The translations under genes were made by a program, and so were the position numbers. Below the pieces are notes generated by a model. It was not told the origin of the DNA, did no database searches, and worked only from the letters and a program-made list of their open reading frames with translations. 24,442 bases of DNA from a virus (lineage: Duplodnaviria > Caudoviricetes). This document shows positions 16,618-23,964 of this stretch, piece by piece (the first letter of the stretch is position 1; every line of letters starts with the position of its first letter). The stretch lies in IMG/VR virus record IMGVR_UViG_3300024051_000014, positions 1-24,442 of that record. One strand, 5' to 3'.

Positions 16618-17222
16618 CAGTCGCGCTCCCGACCGATCAGGTAACCGCTGAGCCACATAAAGGCGGCAGCGGCCAGAAACAGGGCATCAGACATGGCGGC
16701 ACCAGACATGGCGGCACCCCTTTTTTTTGCAATCAGTTCGTCCAGACGGAATTTCAGCACCTCGACATGCCGTGAGGCAGGCACGCCAGTTAAATCCTGC
16801 GACCAGCCCGCCCGTTCGGCCATCTTCTTCAGCGCCTCAATCAGGCGGTACATTTCCTGCGCGTCGGCCCACTGGAGCTTATCCACGCCCAGCTGACGAC
16901 GGCCAAAGGCCTCAAGTGCCGCCTCAGAAGGGTCACGCACCACCCCAAGCTGACCAAGGCTGATCCACAATGCGCGCGCTTTCTTGGCGGTCGGATGCTG
17001 TGCCGGTTGTTTGACCGTGACACCGGCCTTGCGGTTATGAACCACCAACGTCGGTTTCCACCCAAGGCGCTTGAACGCCTCAAGCACGCGGTCGGCCTGC
17101 GCGTCCGTCAGACCCCTGGCCGTTACCTGACCGGTCTCGCGCTGAAGGATGGCGCGGTAATCATCGTCATGCAGCGCCATCTCTTTTTTGGCTATGTGGA
17201 TTTTGGCGAGGGTCTTGCTCAT
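16617..17222 (-). CDS. gemA: GemA (Mu gp16, DUF1018) protein with fused hydrophobic C-terminal peptide
   Basis: LAKIHIAKKEMAL.DDDYRAIL...TG, KARALWISL..LGVVRDPSEAALEAF..RQ.GV, LIEALKKM motifs. Confidence 0.9.
   Translation of the reverse strand: MSKTLAKIHIAKKEMALHDDDYRAILQRETGQVTARGLTDAQADRVLEAFKRLGWKPTLVVHNRKAGVTVKQPAQHPTAKKARALWISLGQLGVVRDPSEAALEAFGRRQLGVDKLQWADAQEMYRLIEALKKMAERAGWSQDLTGVPASRHVEVLKFRLDELIAKKRGAAMSGAAMSDALFLAAAAFMWLSGYLIGRERD
16689..16718. repeat. 15-bp tandem duplication (agacatggcggcacc x2) next to a T8/A8 homopolymer (16721-16728)
   Basis: Read directly; encodes GAAMS GAAMS. Confidence 0.95.
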
Positions 17223-17246
17223 GCCCGACCCTCGCGCTTATGCGGC

Positions 17247-17441
17247 TCAGGCCGCTTTGGACAGGGCCTCATAACCCTCTGCCGCCCGCTTGAGGTCATT
17301 ATGGATGACCTCAAGCAAACAACACAGGTTTTCCGGATCACAGTGATGCAGGTCGCCGGAACCGGACAGACACAGCAACAGATCACGCACCGCCGCCAGG
17401 GCCGAAAGAGCGTTGAACAGGATGATGTCAGGTTCACGCAT
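17247..17441 (-). CDS. 64-aa hypothetical protein coupled to the ORF6N gene
   Basis: ATG 17441 overlaps the end of the ORF6N gene (GGAG upstream): MREPDIILFNALSALAAVRDLLLCLSGSGDLHHCDPENLCCLLEVIHNDLKRAAEGYEALSKAA. Confidence 0.7.
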   Translation of the reverse strand: MREPDIILFNALSALAAVRDLLLCLSGSGDLHHCDPENLCCLLEVIHNDLKRAAEGYEALSKAA

Positions 17442-18036
17442 GGCCGAACAACTCCATCTGAACCGCGGGCATTCCTTCGGGCAGACGGTCGATGGCTTTG
17501 AAAGCCTGAAGTTCGCGGATCGCTGTGACCACGGTGGGCTGACTTCTGCCCAGTGCGCGCCAGATTTGCTCGAACGTCCAGCCCATTTCGACAAACCGCC
17601 GCGTCTTGCTCAGAACCGGCGATCTGGCAATCCACGTCTCGACGTGCTTGGCATAGGTATCTTTCACGAACTGAACCGAATGGTTCTTCAGCGCGATAAA
17701 CGCCCGCACGATCAATACCGAAATCTGAGCCGCCCGTTCCGAACGTAGGACGCTCGAAAGCATCAAGGCCCCGCCCTCGAAGAAGGCAATCGGAAACGCG
17801 CGATTTGCCATCATTGAAGTCGCATTTTGCGACTTCAATTGTTGCGTTTCGCTCACCGTCAGCGGCGAGCAGAAATCTTCCGGAAAGCGGTCGGGGTTGC
17901 GTCTCACCGCCTCGACGATGCGCTTCGGCTCGACGCCATAGAACGCGGCCAGATCGACGGCCAGCATGAACGGTTCGCGTCCCGGCAGGTGCCAGATGCG
18001 CGCGGTGATTTGATGAAGTGTCGGTAGATTGGTCAT
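17434..18036 (-). CDS. ORF6N-domain DNA-binding protein (antirepressor-like) with C-terminal HTH
   Basis: MLAVDLAAFYGVEPKRIVEAVRRNPDRFPEDF, F.E.GALMLSSVLRSERA.QIS..IVRAF (ORF6N); GWTFEQIWRALGRSQPTV (HTH); SD AAGGAG. Confidence 0.9.
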   Translation of the reverse strand: MTNLPTLHQITARIWHLPGREPFMLAVDLAAFYGVEPKRIVEAVRRNPDRFPEDFCSPLTVSETQQLKSQNATSMMANRAFPIAFFEGGALMLSSVLRSERAAQISVLIVRAFIALKNHSVQFVKDTYAKHVETWIARSPVLSKTRRFVEMGWTFEQIWRALGRSQPTVVTAIRELQAFKAIDRLPEGMPAVQMELFGHA

Positions 18037-18082
18037 GGTAGTGCTCCTTGCAGGTTAAATCCGGAACACCCACTGCTAAACG

Positions 18083-18162
18083 GGTGGCCGGACGGACGCG
18101 GGTTAGCAGACCATGCAAGGGTACACGGCGAGCCTTTCGGCTCCCCACGCCCGCCCGACCAT
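18083..18162 (-). ncRNA. C4-type antisense RNA (P1 c4 / P4 CI-like)
   Basis: Outer stem AUGGUCGGGCGGGCGUGG/CCCGCGUCCGUCCGGCCAC, GAGCC-GAAA-GGCUC hairpin, loop CCUUGCA (b') and bulge CUGCUAA (a'), each complementary to flanking sites upstream and downstream. Confidence 0.88.
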
Positions 18163-18163
18163 A

Positions 18164-18195
18164 GAAAAAGGCGCACCCGTGATGGGAACGCGCCT
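18164..18195 (-). terminator. Terminator-like hairpin just upstream of the C4 RNA
   Basis: Minus strand AGGCGCG-TTCCCATCACGGG-TGCGCCT-TTTTCT. Confidence 0.6.
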
Positions 18196-18257
18196 GATCG
18201 AGCGCCTTGGTATACGGCCTGCTAAAACCGGTCTGGCTGTTTACACCAGACGCGGCC

Positions 18258-18286
18258 AAGCTGAGCCGAAGCGCCCCGATTGTCAA
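18258..18286 (-). promoter_or_regulatory. Sigma70-type promoter of the C4/ORF6N cassette
   Basis: TTGACA (18286-18281), 17 nt, CAGCTT (18263-18258; keeps A-11 and T-7). Confidence 0.7.
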
Positions 18287-18306
18287 GGGGGTGTTATCCG
18301 ACGGTT

Positions 18307-18624
18307 TCATGTCCTGACCACCTGTGGAGCCGAAGCCAGTTCGGCCTCAAGCTGGGCACGAAACTCTGGCGCCACCGCCACCCCCGCCGCCTTTAGGCGC
18401 GCGATCATGCCGTTAATGCGCGCCTCCCATGACGCGGCCAATGCACGATACGCCGCCTCTATCACCGACCACTCTTCTTGCGTGGTTTCAGGGGCTGGAG
18501 CGCTCAGGCGCGCGGCCACATCCCACAGGGTTTCGACCTCAAATTTCGACAGCACCTCAGGCATGGCCGCGTGATGTGTGGCCGTGAGACAGATGGTTTT
18601 GAGTTTTTCCTGACAAATCAGCAT
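18307..18624 (-). CDS. Hypothetical protein (105 aa)
   Basis: Start 18624 by TGATG coupling to the upstream gene; plausible helical protein; no family recognised. Confidence 0.7.
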   Translation of the reverse strand: MLICQEKLKTICLTATHHAAMPEVLSKFEVETLWDVAARLSAPAPETTQEEWSVIEAAYRALAASWEARINGMIARLKAAGVAVAPEFRAQLEAELASAPQVVRT

Positions 18625-18815
18625 CAGACATTTCCTCCGATGATCAAGCCGACCCAGATCAGCCCCACGACAGTAAGCGCAAGGCCAATCCACAGCAGAC
18701 GGCGCGGGCGGTTCGTGATTTCAAAAAGCGGATGACGGCGCACCGTGCGCGGGCCAAACCCGCGCAGGTGCATCCACAGGCCATAGACGGCCCAGGCTAA
18801 GCCGCGCCCCCTCAT
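18624..18815 (-). CDS. Small membrane protein (63 aa)
   Basis: Coupled at both ends (ATGA, TGATG); C-terminal TM LLWIGLALTVVGLIWVGLIIGG. Confidence 0.7.
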   Translation of the reverse strand: MRGRGLAWAVYGLWMHLRGFGPRTVRRHPLFEITNRPRRLLWIGLALTVVGLIWVGLIIGGNV

Positions 18816-19513
18816 GACGCGGCCACATCAATGACGACGGCCTGCCAGCCCGCATTGGCATTGGCGCGACGATAGGCACGGATGTAGCGCTTCGTGCCTA
18901 CGATACGGATGGAGTCGGAAATCGCCTGCATGGCCTGCGTCCAGCGGTCATCTTTAAACTCAAGACGACGCAGGCCGAGCAACTCACCCCGATTGATACG
19001 GCCTTCCTGATCGACCTGAAAGGCCCGGTCTACAATCACGCGCAGATTGGCAGAGGCCCCTTCTGACCAATCCTTCAGGCATTCGTCCACCAGCGCCTTG
19101 GCGGCCTGAAGCTCAGGGCCGAAGGTGATATTATCGGCCACCTGAACCTTAACCATCAGAGTGCCATCGTAGGTGGTCAGGCTGGTGTTACCCTTGCTTC
19201 CGCCAACCTTGGCTCCATACTTTTCAGCCAGAAGCGAAATCAGCGCATCCACATCGTCAAACGAGTGCTGACGAAACCGTGCGACCTGTTCCGACAACGG
19301 TTCGGCAAAGCCGATGATCTTACGCACTGTCTGGTCAATCAGGCGATCCGTGTCCTTGACCTGATCGGCAGGTACCAAACGGCCCTTGGCGTCAGTGTAG
19401 TGATCAACGCCGTTGATGTTGGTGACACCTGCCTGAAGCACATCTGAGGCTTCGGTGCGTTCATATTCGTCATGGGCGCGCTCGAGAACGCCCGCCTGGG
19501 TACAATCAGCCAT
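18812..19513 (-). CDS. DUF3164 family protein (common in Mu-like early regions)
   Basis: DAKGRLVP...D..V..I, KGNTSLTTYDG, ITFGPELQAAKALVDECL, FQVDQEG.IN, WTQAMQAI.DS..K.YIR.Y motifs. Confidence 0.88.
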   Translation of the reverse strand: MADCTQAGVLERAHDEYERTEASDVLQAGVTNINGVDHYTDAKGRLVPADQVKDTDRLIDQTVRKIIGFAEPLSEQVARFRQHSFDDVDALISLLAEKYGAKVGGSKGNTSLTTYDGTLMVKVQVADNITFGPELQAAKALVDECLKDWSEGASANLRVIVDRAFQVDQEGRINRGELLGLRRLEFKDDRWTQAMQAISDSIRIVGTKRYIRAYRRANANAGWQAVVIDVAAS

Positions 19514-19517
19514 GTGA

Positions 19518-19928
19518 TCAGGCTCCTACGTCTGGGGTTTGATTTTTGGGGGGATTGGGTAACTGGACGGGCCGGATCACGCCCAGCGTCAGGTAATCGA
19601 CGCTGTCACAGATCGCCACGGCCATCTGATCCACATGATCGGGCGGCAGCACATGCGCAGCCGCCAGCGCCAGCGTCTGAAGCGCCTTGCCAATCGCGGT
19701 GACCAGTACCTCGGCCTCCTCAGCGGTCAGTTTGTCCGAACCGATGGTACGCACACGGTTGACCACCTGCGCGTCCATATGCCGCTCAACGGCATCGAGC
19801 GCTGTGGCCGATCCGGCCAGCATCAGCTGCCATGTACGCAGTTGCAGAGGGGTGACCTCCTGTCCGCTCTGAATGGCTGCGTCGATCCACGCGGCGGTAC
19901 GCGCGACTTTTTCAGAAGGCCGGATCAT
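19518..19928 (-). CDS. Hypothetical protein
   Basis: Start 19928 by ATGA overlap with the ATPase stop; fills the operon gap. Confidence 0.7.
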   Translation of the reverse strand: MIRPSEKVARTAAWIDAAIQSGQEVTPLQLRTWQLMLAGSATALDAVERHMDAQVVNRVRTIGSDKLTAEEAEVLVTAIGKALQTLALAAAHVLPPDHVDQMAVAICDSVDYLTLGVIRPVQLPNPPKNQTPDVGA

Positions 19929-20899
19929 GCGACACCGCCTGACGACAGTTGCGCCCATGCATCCTTGACGTGCGACAGCGTGACCTCAGCCACCCCATCG
20001 ACATCACGAGCAATGACGTGCGCCAGCTCAAGCACCTTGGACATCGAGCGCAACGCCCCACCGCCCGGCTTCATGGCGATCTCTGTCGCCAAAGCCCGCT
20101 GCTTAGGGTCTTGGCAGCCCCATGCATCCAGCAACAGACTGACGTCCTCAGGCTCCGGCGAGAGAATAACCTGACGCATGGATACGCGGCTAAAACGCTG
20201 GGCGTAGTTTGCCGTCCGCGATCCTTCAATGTTGCGGGTGACCTCAAGGTTACCGGCGAAAACCATACCGACCTTGGTGTCATCATAGATCGACCGGAGT
20301 TCCTCAAGCGCCTTTTCCCCAAGGTGCTGCGCCTCGTCGAGGATCAGCACCGCATTGTCGCGCGACCTAAACTGACGACGTACCAACTCCGACAACTGAT
20401 AGGCCGAGCGTTTACCCGCTGGGACGTTAAACTCATCCAGAATGGCCAGCATGATGGCATTGAAGCTGGCGCGCGATGGAGCGGCCGTAACGCTCCAGAC
20501 ATTCGGATGCTCGCGCCGAAACGCGTCGATGGATTGGGTTTTGCCTACGCCGGGGTTGCCCATGATCGTACACAGGTTCCCGCGCCGCGCCCACGCCAGC
20601 GTTGCACGGATGCGCTGGGCCGTTTTCGTCTTCTGAAAGAATGGTGCCGCAATATCGTCACCGCCAAACAGATCGACGGCATCTTCAGACGTAAACCAGC
20701 GCTCGACCTCCGTGGCGACCGTCTGGTTATTGCCTGCATATTTACCTGTGGCAAAAGCCTGTAGCGTCGCGGTCGCTATACCGGTTTTCTTGTTGAGCTC
20801 AGCCCAACTGAGCTCCTTCGTTTCCTTGTAATCAAGAACCCGCTTGCGCAGGGCCTCCAGCTGATCATCGGTGAATTGTTTACGCGATTGCGTCATCAT
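19925..20899 (-). CDS. MuB-like transposition AAA+ ATPase with N-terminal HTH
   Basis: Walker A GNPGVGKT, Walker B VLILDEAQHL, LEELRSIYD, R-finger FSRV. Start 20899 has a GAGGA SD; an alternative ATG at 20992 overlaps the transposase stop. Confidence 0.94.
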   Translation of the reverse strand: MMTQSRKQFTDDQLEALRKRVLDYKETKELSWAELNKKTGIATATLQAFATGKYAGNNQTVATEVERWFTSEDAVDLFGGDDIAAPFFQKTKTAQRIRATLAWARRGNLCTIMGNPGVGKTQSIDAFRREHPNVWSVTAAPSRASFNAIMLAILDEFNVPAGKRSAYQLSELVRRQFRSRDNAVLILDEAQHLGEKALEELRSIYDDTKVGMVFAGNLEVTRNIEGSRTANYAQRFSRVSMRQVILSPEPEDVSLLLDAWGCQDPKQRALATEIAMKPGGGALRSMSKVLELAHVIARDVDGVAEVTLSHVKDAWAQLSSGGVA

Positions 20900-20988
20900 G
20901 CTATTCCTCGGTTGTGTGTCAGGGCCGAAGCCGTCAGGTTTCGGCGGCATTTCAGGGCGCAGGCGGGTATCAGACGCCTGCGCCCAAC

Positions 20989-23052
20989 TCATTTACGCGC
21001 TGGCTGTTCTGGCTCTGTGTGCGGGTCGGCTAACCCACCATCTAAAATCGAAAATCGGGGCCGCTCCTGAGGCGTCAGGCGCTCAACAGCGGAGGTGAAC
21101 CGGTCAATGACCGGTGTCTGTTCGTTGACCGGCGCAGGCAGGGCCGCGACCGCTGCCCCACCATTACGGCGCGGACGAACAGGTCGAATGACCGCAGGCT
21201 GTGCAGGCTCCGGTACCGGCTGAGACGCGGGCTGCATGGCGGCCAGATCGGCGGCGCTGATAAGCCCCTGAAGCCGCGCCGCTTCACGTGTCGCTTTACG
21301 CAGATCGCCTTCCATCTTGGCACGCGCCTTAGCGCCAGCGACATCATAGAACCCGACAGCCGCTTGCACCTCTGCCTCGCAGATGTATTCACCCGTAGAT
21401 TTGTAAACATGGACGGATGACTGGAGGTCGTCTGGATCAAACCTGACGGTGACCATTTCACCGGCAACCTGATAAAGCGCCTGATGGTGAAAAGCGTTGC
21501 CATAGATCGACACCTCGCCGGTCTTGCGATTGGCGCGCACATTATCTGCCGTTAACAAAGCGAGGCGCATCTGCTCAGGGCTGGCCTTACCGATCGGATT
21601 GGCCTGCACACTCTCAAAGAAGATGCCGTCGAAAGAGCGCCCTTTGGCATTCTCTGTGCGGCGTCCCTCACGGGCGTTGTGGTCGGCAATTTGCTCGGCT
21701 ACCAAGGCCTCAAAATCAGCCAGATCAATGGCGCGGTTGCCATAGTCTTCCGGCTTTGCGTCGATATGATTGCCAGTATAGGCACCTGCACACGCTGGAT
21801 GACGACCGATGGCTTCTTCAAGGTCGCGGAAGGCACGTTCAATGGGTTTGGCCTGACCGTGATGTGGTTTGGCCCAATGTATCTGAATGCCAAAGGATGT
21901 CAGAAGCCCCCAGTTCTCATCCTCACGGATTTTGAAACGGAAGCGCGATTTCGCTCCGCCCGTTATCCATTTCGACGCAAAGGCGCGACCATTATCCAGT
22001 GTGCAGCGCTTCGGTATTCCCCAGTTTTTGAACAAATCGGCAAAGGCCAGTCGGGTCAGGATCGCAGACTCAGTCTGACCCGTGCGCCACGCCAGTATCT
22101 TATTGGAATACAGGTCTTGAATAACGACCGAAATCGGGCGCGCAATGCGTTCGGGCTGACCGTCTTTGGCGGGGAAGCGCACGAACACATCCCACTTGTG
22201 ACCGTCGATATTGACGGCCTCAAGGGCATGAAGATTAGCGCGTGTCCGGCGCTGCGCAGGGATCATCTGAATGACTGCATCCATGCCATCGCGCTTGAGC
22301 TTTATGACCTCAGCTGGCACCTCGGCCTCAAGACGGCGCTGGAGCGTCTTAACGGGCGGCAGAGTAATGCCACGTACCTTGGCGATCTTGAGAGTGCGCC
22401 GGTAACATTCCGAATAGGACGGGCCAGATGGGCGAAGAAAATCCGACTTGAAGATGGTGAAAAGTTCGTCGTCCACCTCAACCCGAACCCCGCCGCCCTT
22501 CCGGCGTGGCGCGAGCGCAGGCAGCCTGTCCGCCACCGCCACACCAGCCAGCAGCTTGAGCCAGTTCCAGATTGTCGCCGCTGAAACACCATGCTGTGCC
22601 GCTGCACGGGCCACCGCCGCATTGGCCTTGAGGCCCGCCAGCTTGGCAGCATCCACCGCCTGAACGATCATCAACCGGCGCTGAGCCTCTGCCTTTACCT
22701 TAGCGGTCTGGGCCTCAAACCACCCCCAAGTCCCCTCGCCGCGCTCTGGCGACGGGGTTTCTGTGACTTCGGTAACCGACACATAAGACGGCTCCAAGAG
22801 GCCTCTTTTGACCAGCTCAAGCACCGCTGAAGGCGGCAACAGACTGGCATGATACTCAGACCCGCCGCCGCGACCGGCGCGGGGTCGGGACAAAGGTTCA
22901 CCGGCTGCATTGTGTTGTTCGCCCCAGCGCTGATCGCGCGCCATGTGCGCGATGCGCGACCGCTCCGCGGGTAAGCCGGGCAAAGCCAGATCGGCCAGAT
23001 CGGCGGGCGAATACCAGTGTTTGAGCATTGGCGCGGAATCAAAACCCATCAC
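20989..23052 (-). CDS. MuA-like DDE transposase
   Basis: N-terminal Mu-type HTH (WYSPADLADLALPGLP...GRGGGSEYHASLLP), catalytic NIDGH / LDNG / KPIERAF, C-terminal VTVRFDPDDL..VHVY domain. Confidence 0.96.
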   Translation of the reverse strand: MMGFDSAPMLKHWYSPADLADLALPGLPAERSRIAHMARDQRWGEQHNAAGEPLSRPRAGRGGGSEYHASLLPPSAVLELVKRGLLEPSYVSVTEVTETPSPERGEGTWGWFEAQTAKVKAEAQRRLMIVQAVDAAKLAGLKANAAVARAAAQHGVSAATIWNWLKLLAGVAVADRLPALAPRRKGGGVRVEVDDELFTIFKSDFLRPSGPSYSECYRRTLKIAKVRGITLPPVKTLQRRLEAEVPAEVIKLKRDGMDAVIQMIPAQRRTRANLHALEAVNIDGHKWDVFVRFPAKDGQPERIARPISVVIQDLYSNKILAWRTGQTESAILTRLAFADLFKNWGIPKRCTLDNGRAFASKWITGGAKSRFRFKIREDENWGLLTSFGIQIHWAKPHHGQAKPIERAFRDLEEAIGRHPACAGAYTGNHIDAKPEDYGNRAIDLADFEALVAEQIADHNAREGRRTENAKGRSFDGIFFESVQANPIGKASPEQMRLALLTADNVRANRKTGEVSIYGNAFHHQALYQVAGEMVTVRFDPDDLQSSVHVYKSTGEYICEAEVQAAVGFYDVAGAKARAKMEGDLRKATREAARLQGLISAADLAAMQPASQPVPEPAQPAVIRPVRPRRNGGAAVAALPAPVNEQTPVIDRFTSAVERLTPQERPRFSILDGGLADPHTEPEQPARK

Positions 23053-23297
23053 ACGCGCTCCTCAAACAGAGGCAGCGACGCAGGGGCAACACGATACCGG
23101 CGCGGCTTCAGGCCATGCTGAACCAGATACGCCGTCTTGGCCTGCGCCCAGACCTTCTTACCCCATGATGTCCCCTGATGCGCATACCAGGCCTGCGCAT
23201 TTAGCGCCCTGATGCGCGCCTTTAGAGGGGCATCGGCTGACAAGGTGCGATCCACCTCGACGATGATCTCATATGCGCGTTGCCTCCAGACACTCAT
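23049..23297 (-). CDS. Hypothetical protein (82 aa)
   Basis: Coupled at both ends (ATGA, GTGA); basic, Trp-rich; no function recognised. Confidence 0.75.
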   Translation of the reverse strand: MSVWRQRAYEIIVEVDRTLSADAPLKARIRALNAQAWYAHQGTSWGKKVWAQAKTAYLVQHGLKPRRYRVAPASLPLFEERV

Positions 23298-23878
23298 GAG
23301 GGCACCACCATTTCGCGGATGGCCCGCACACCGGCGACATTGAGCCAGTCTTTTGGCTCTTGGCGCGCATTGATGATGCTATGGATGCCCGTATCGCTAC
23401 AACCGCGACCAGCCAGATCGCGCACCAACTCCGCCAGAGGCGTTAAAGTCACCGCTCTAACACCCTCATTTGATTTATCAAGGGAGGTGGCGGGCGCAGT
23501 CCCGCCTGAGGGGGCGTTTTCCGCCTGCGCAAGATCGAGTCGGCATTCGACCAAATCAGATTCTGCGGCCTCTGCCCTCGCCGTGAGGATTTCATTACCC
23601 TCACGCAGTCGATCATTATCCGCCTCAAGCTCCCGGAGACGGTCATTAAGCGACATAACCTCAGCCGCCAGCCAATCCCGTGCCTCGTCGGCGTCCTCCA
23701 GCTCGGCCCCAAGTAATGCGACCGTCATTCTCGCCACATCAAGGCCGCTCTGAAGCTCGTCCAGTTGCGCCTGATCGACCTCTTTTGAGACAGCGACCGC
23801 AGCCTTGATCTGCGTCAGCAGGTCAACGACCTGCCCGTGGCGCAAAGTAGCTGTCTGTGCATCTTTACGCGCTCTCAT
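23294..23878 (-). CDS. Hypothetical coiled-coil protein (194 aa)
   Basis: Acidic heptad-rich middle (LNDRLRELEADNDRLREGNEIL); ATGA overlaps at both ends. Confidence 0.75.
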   Translation of the reverse strand: MRARKDAQTATLRHGQVVDLLTQIKAAVAVSKEVDQAQLDELQSGLDVARMTVALLGAELEDADEARDWLAAEVMSLNDRLRELEADNDRLREGNEILTARAEAAESDLVECRLDLAQAENAPSGGTAPATSLDKSNEGVRAVTLTPLAELVRDLAGRGCSDTGIHSIINARQEPKDWLNVAGVRAIREMVVPS

Positions 23879-23964
23879 GCCAGCACCTGTATGAGCAGGG
23901 TGACCACTATTGCGCCGCAGATCGTGAGTTGCAGGATGGTGTCAAGGTGGGTCTGGGGCTGCAT
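23875..23964 (-). CDS. 29-aa hydrophobic peptide
   Basis: MQPQTHLDTILQLTICGAIVVTLLIQVLA; GGAGG SD, TAATG overlap upstream and ATGA overlap downstream; below the ORF-track cutoff. Confidence 0.7.
   Translation of the reverse strand: MQPQTHLDTILQLTICGAIVVTLLIQVLA

Noticed and set aside
18083-18162. tRNA gene or Ash-like protein at the cloverleaf
   Set aside because: No T-loop/D-loop consensus, and the ATGGTCGGG frame stops after 19 codons; complementary flanking sites point to a C4 RNA.
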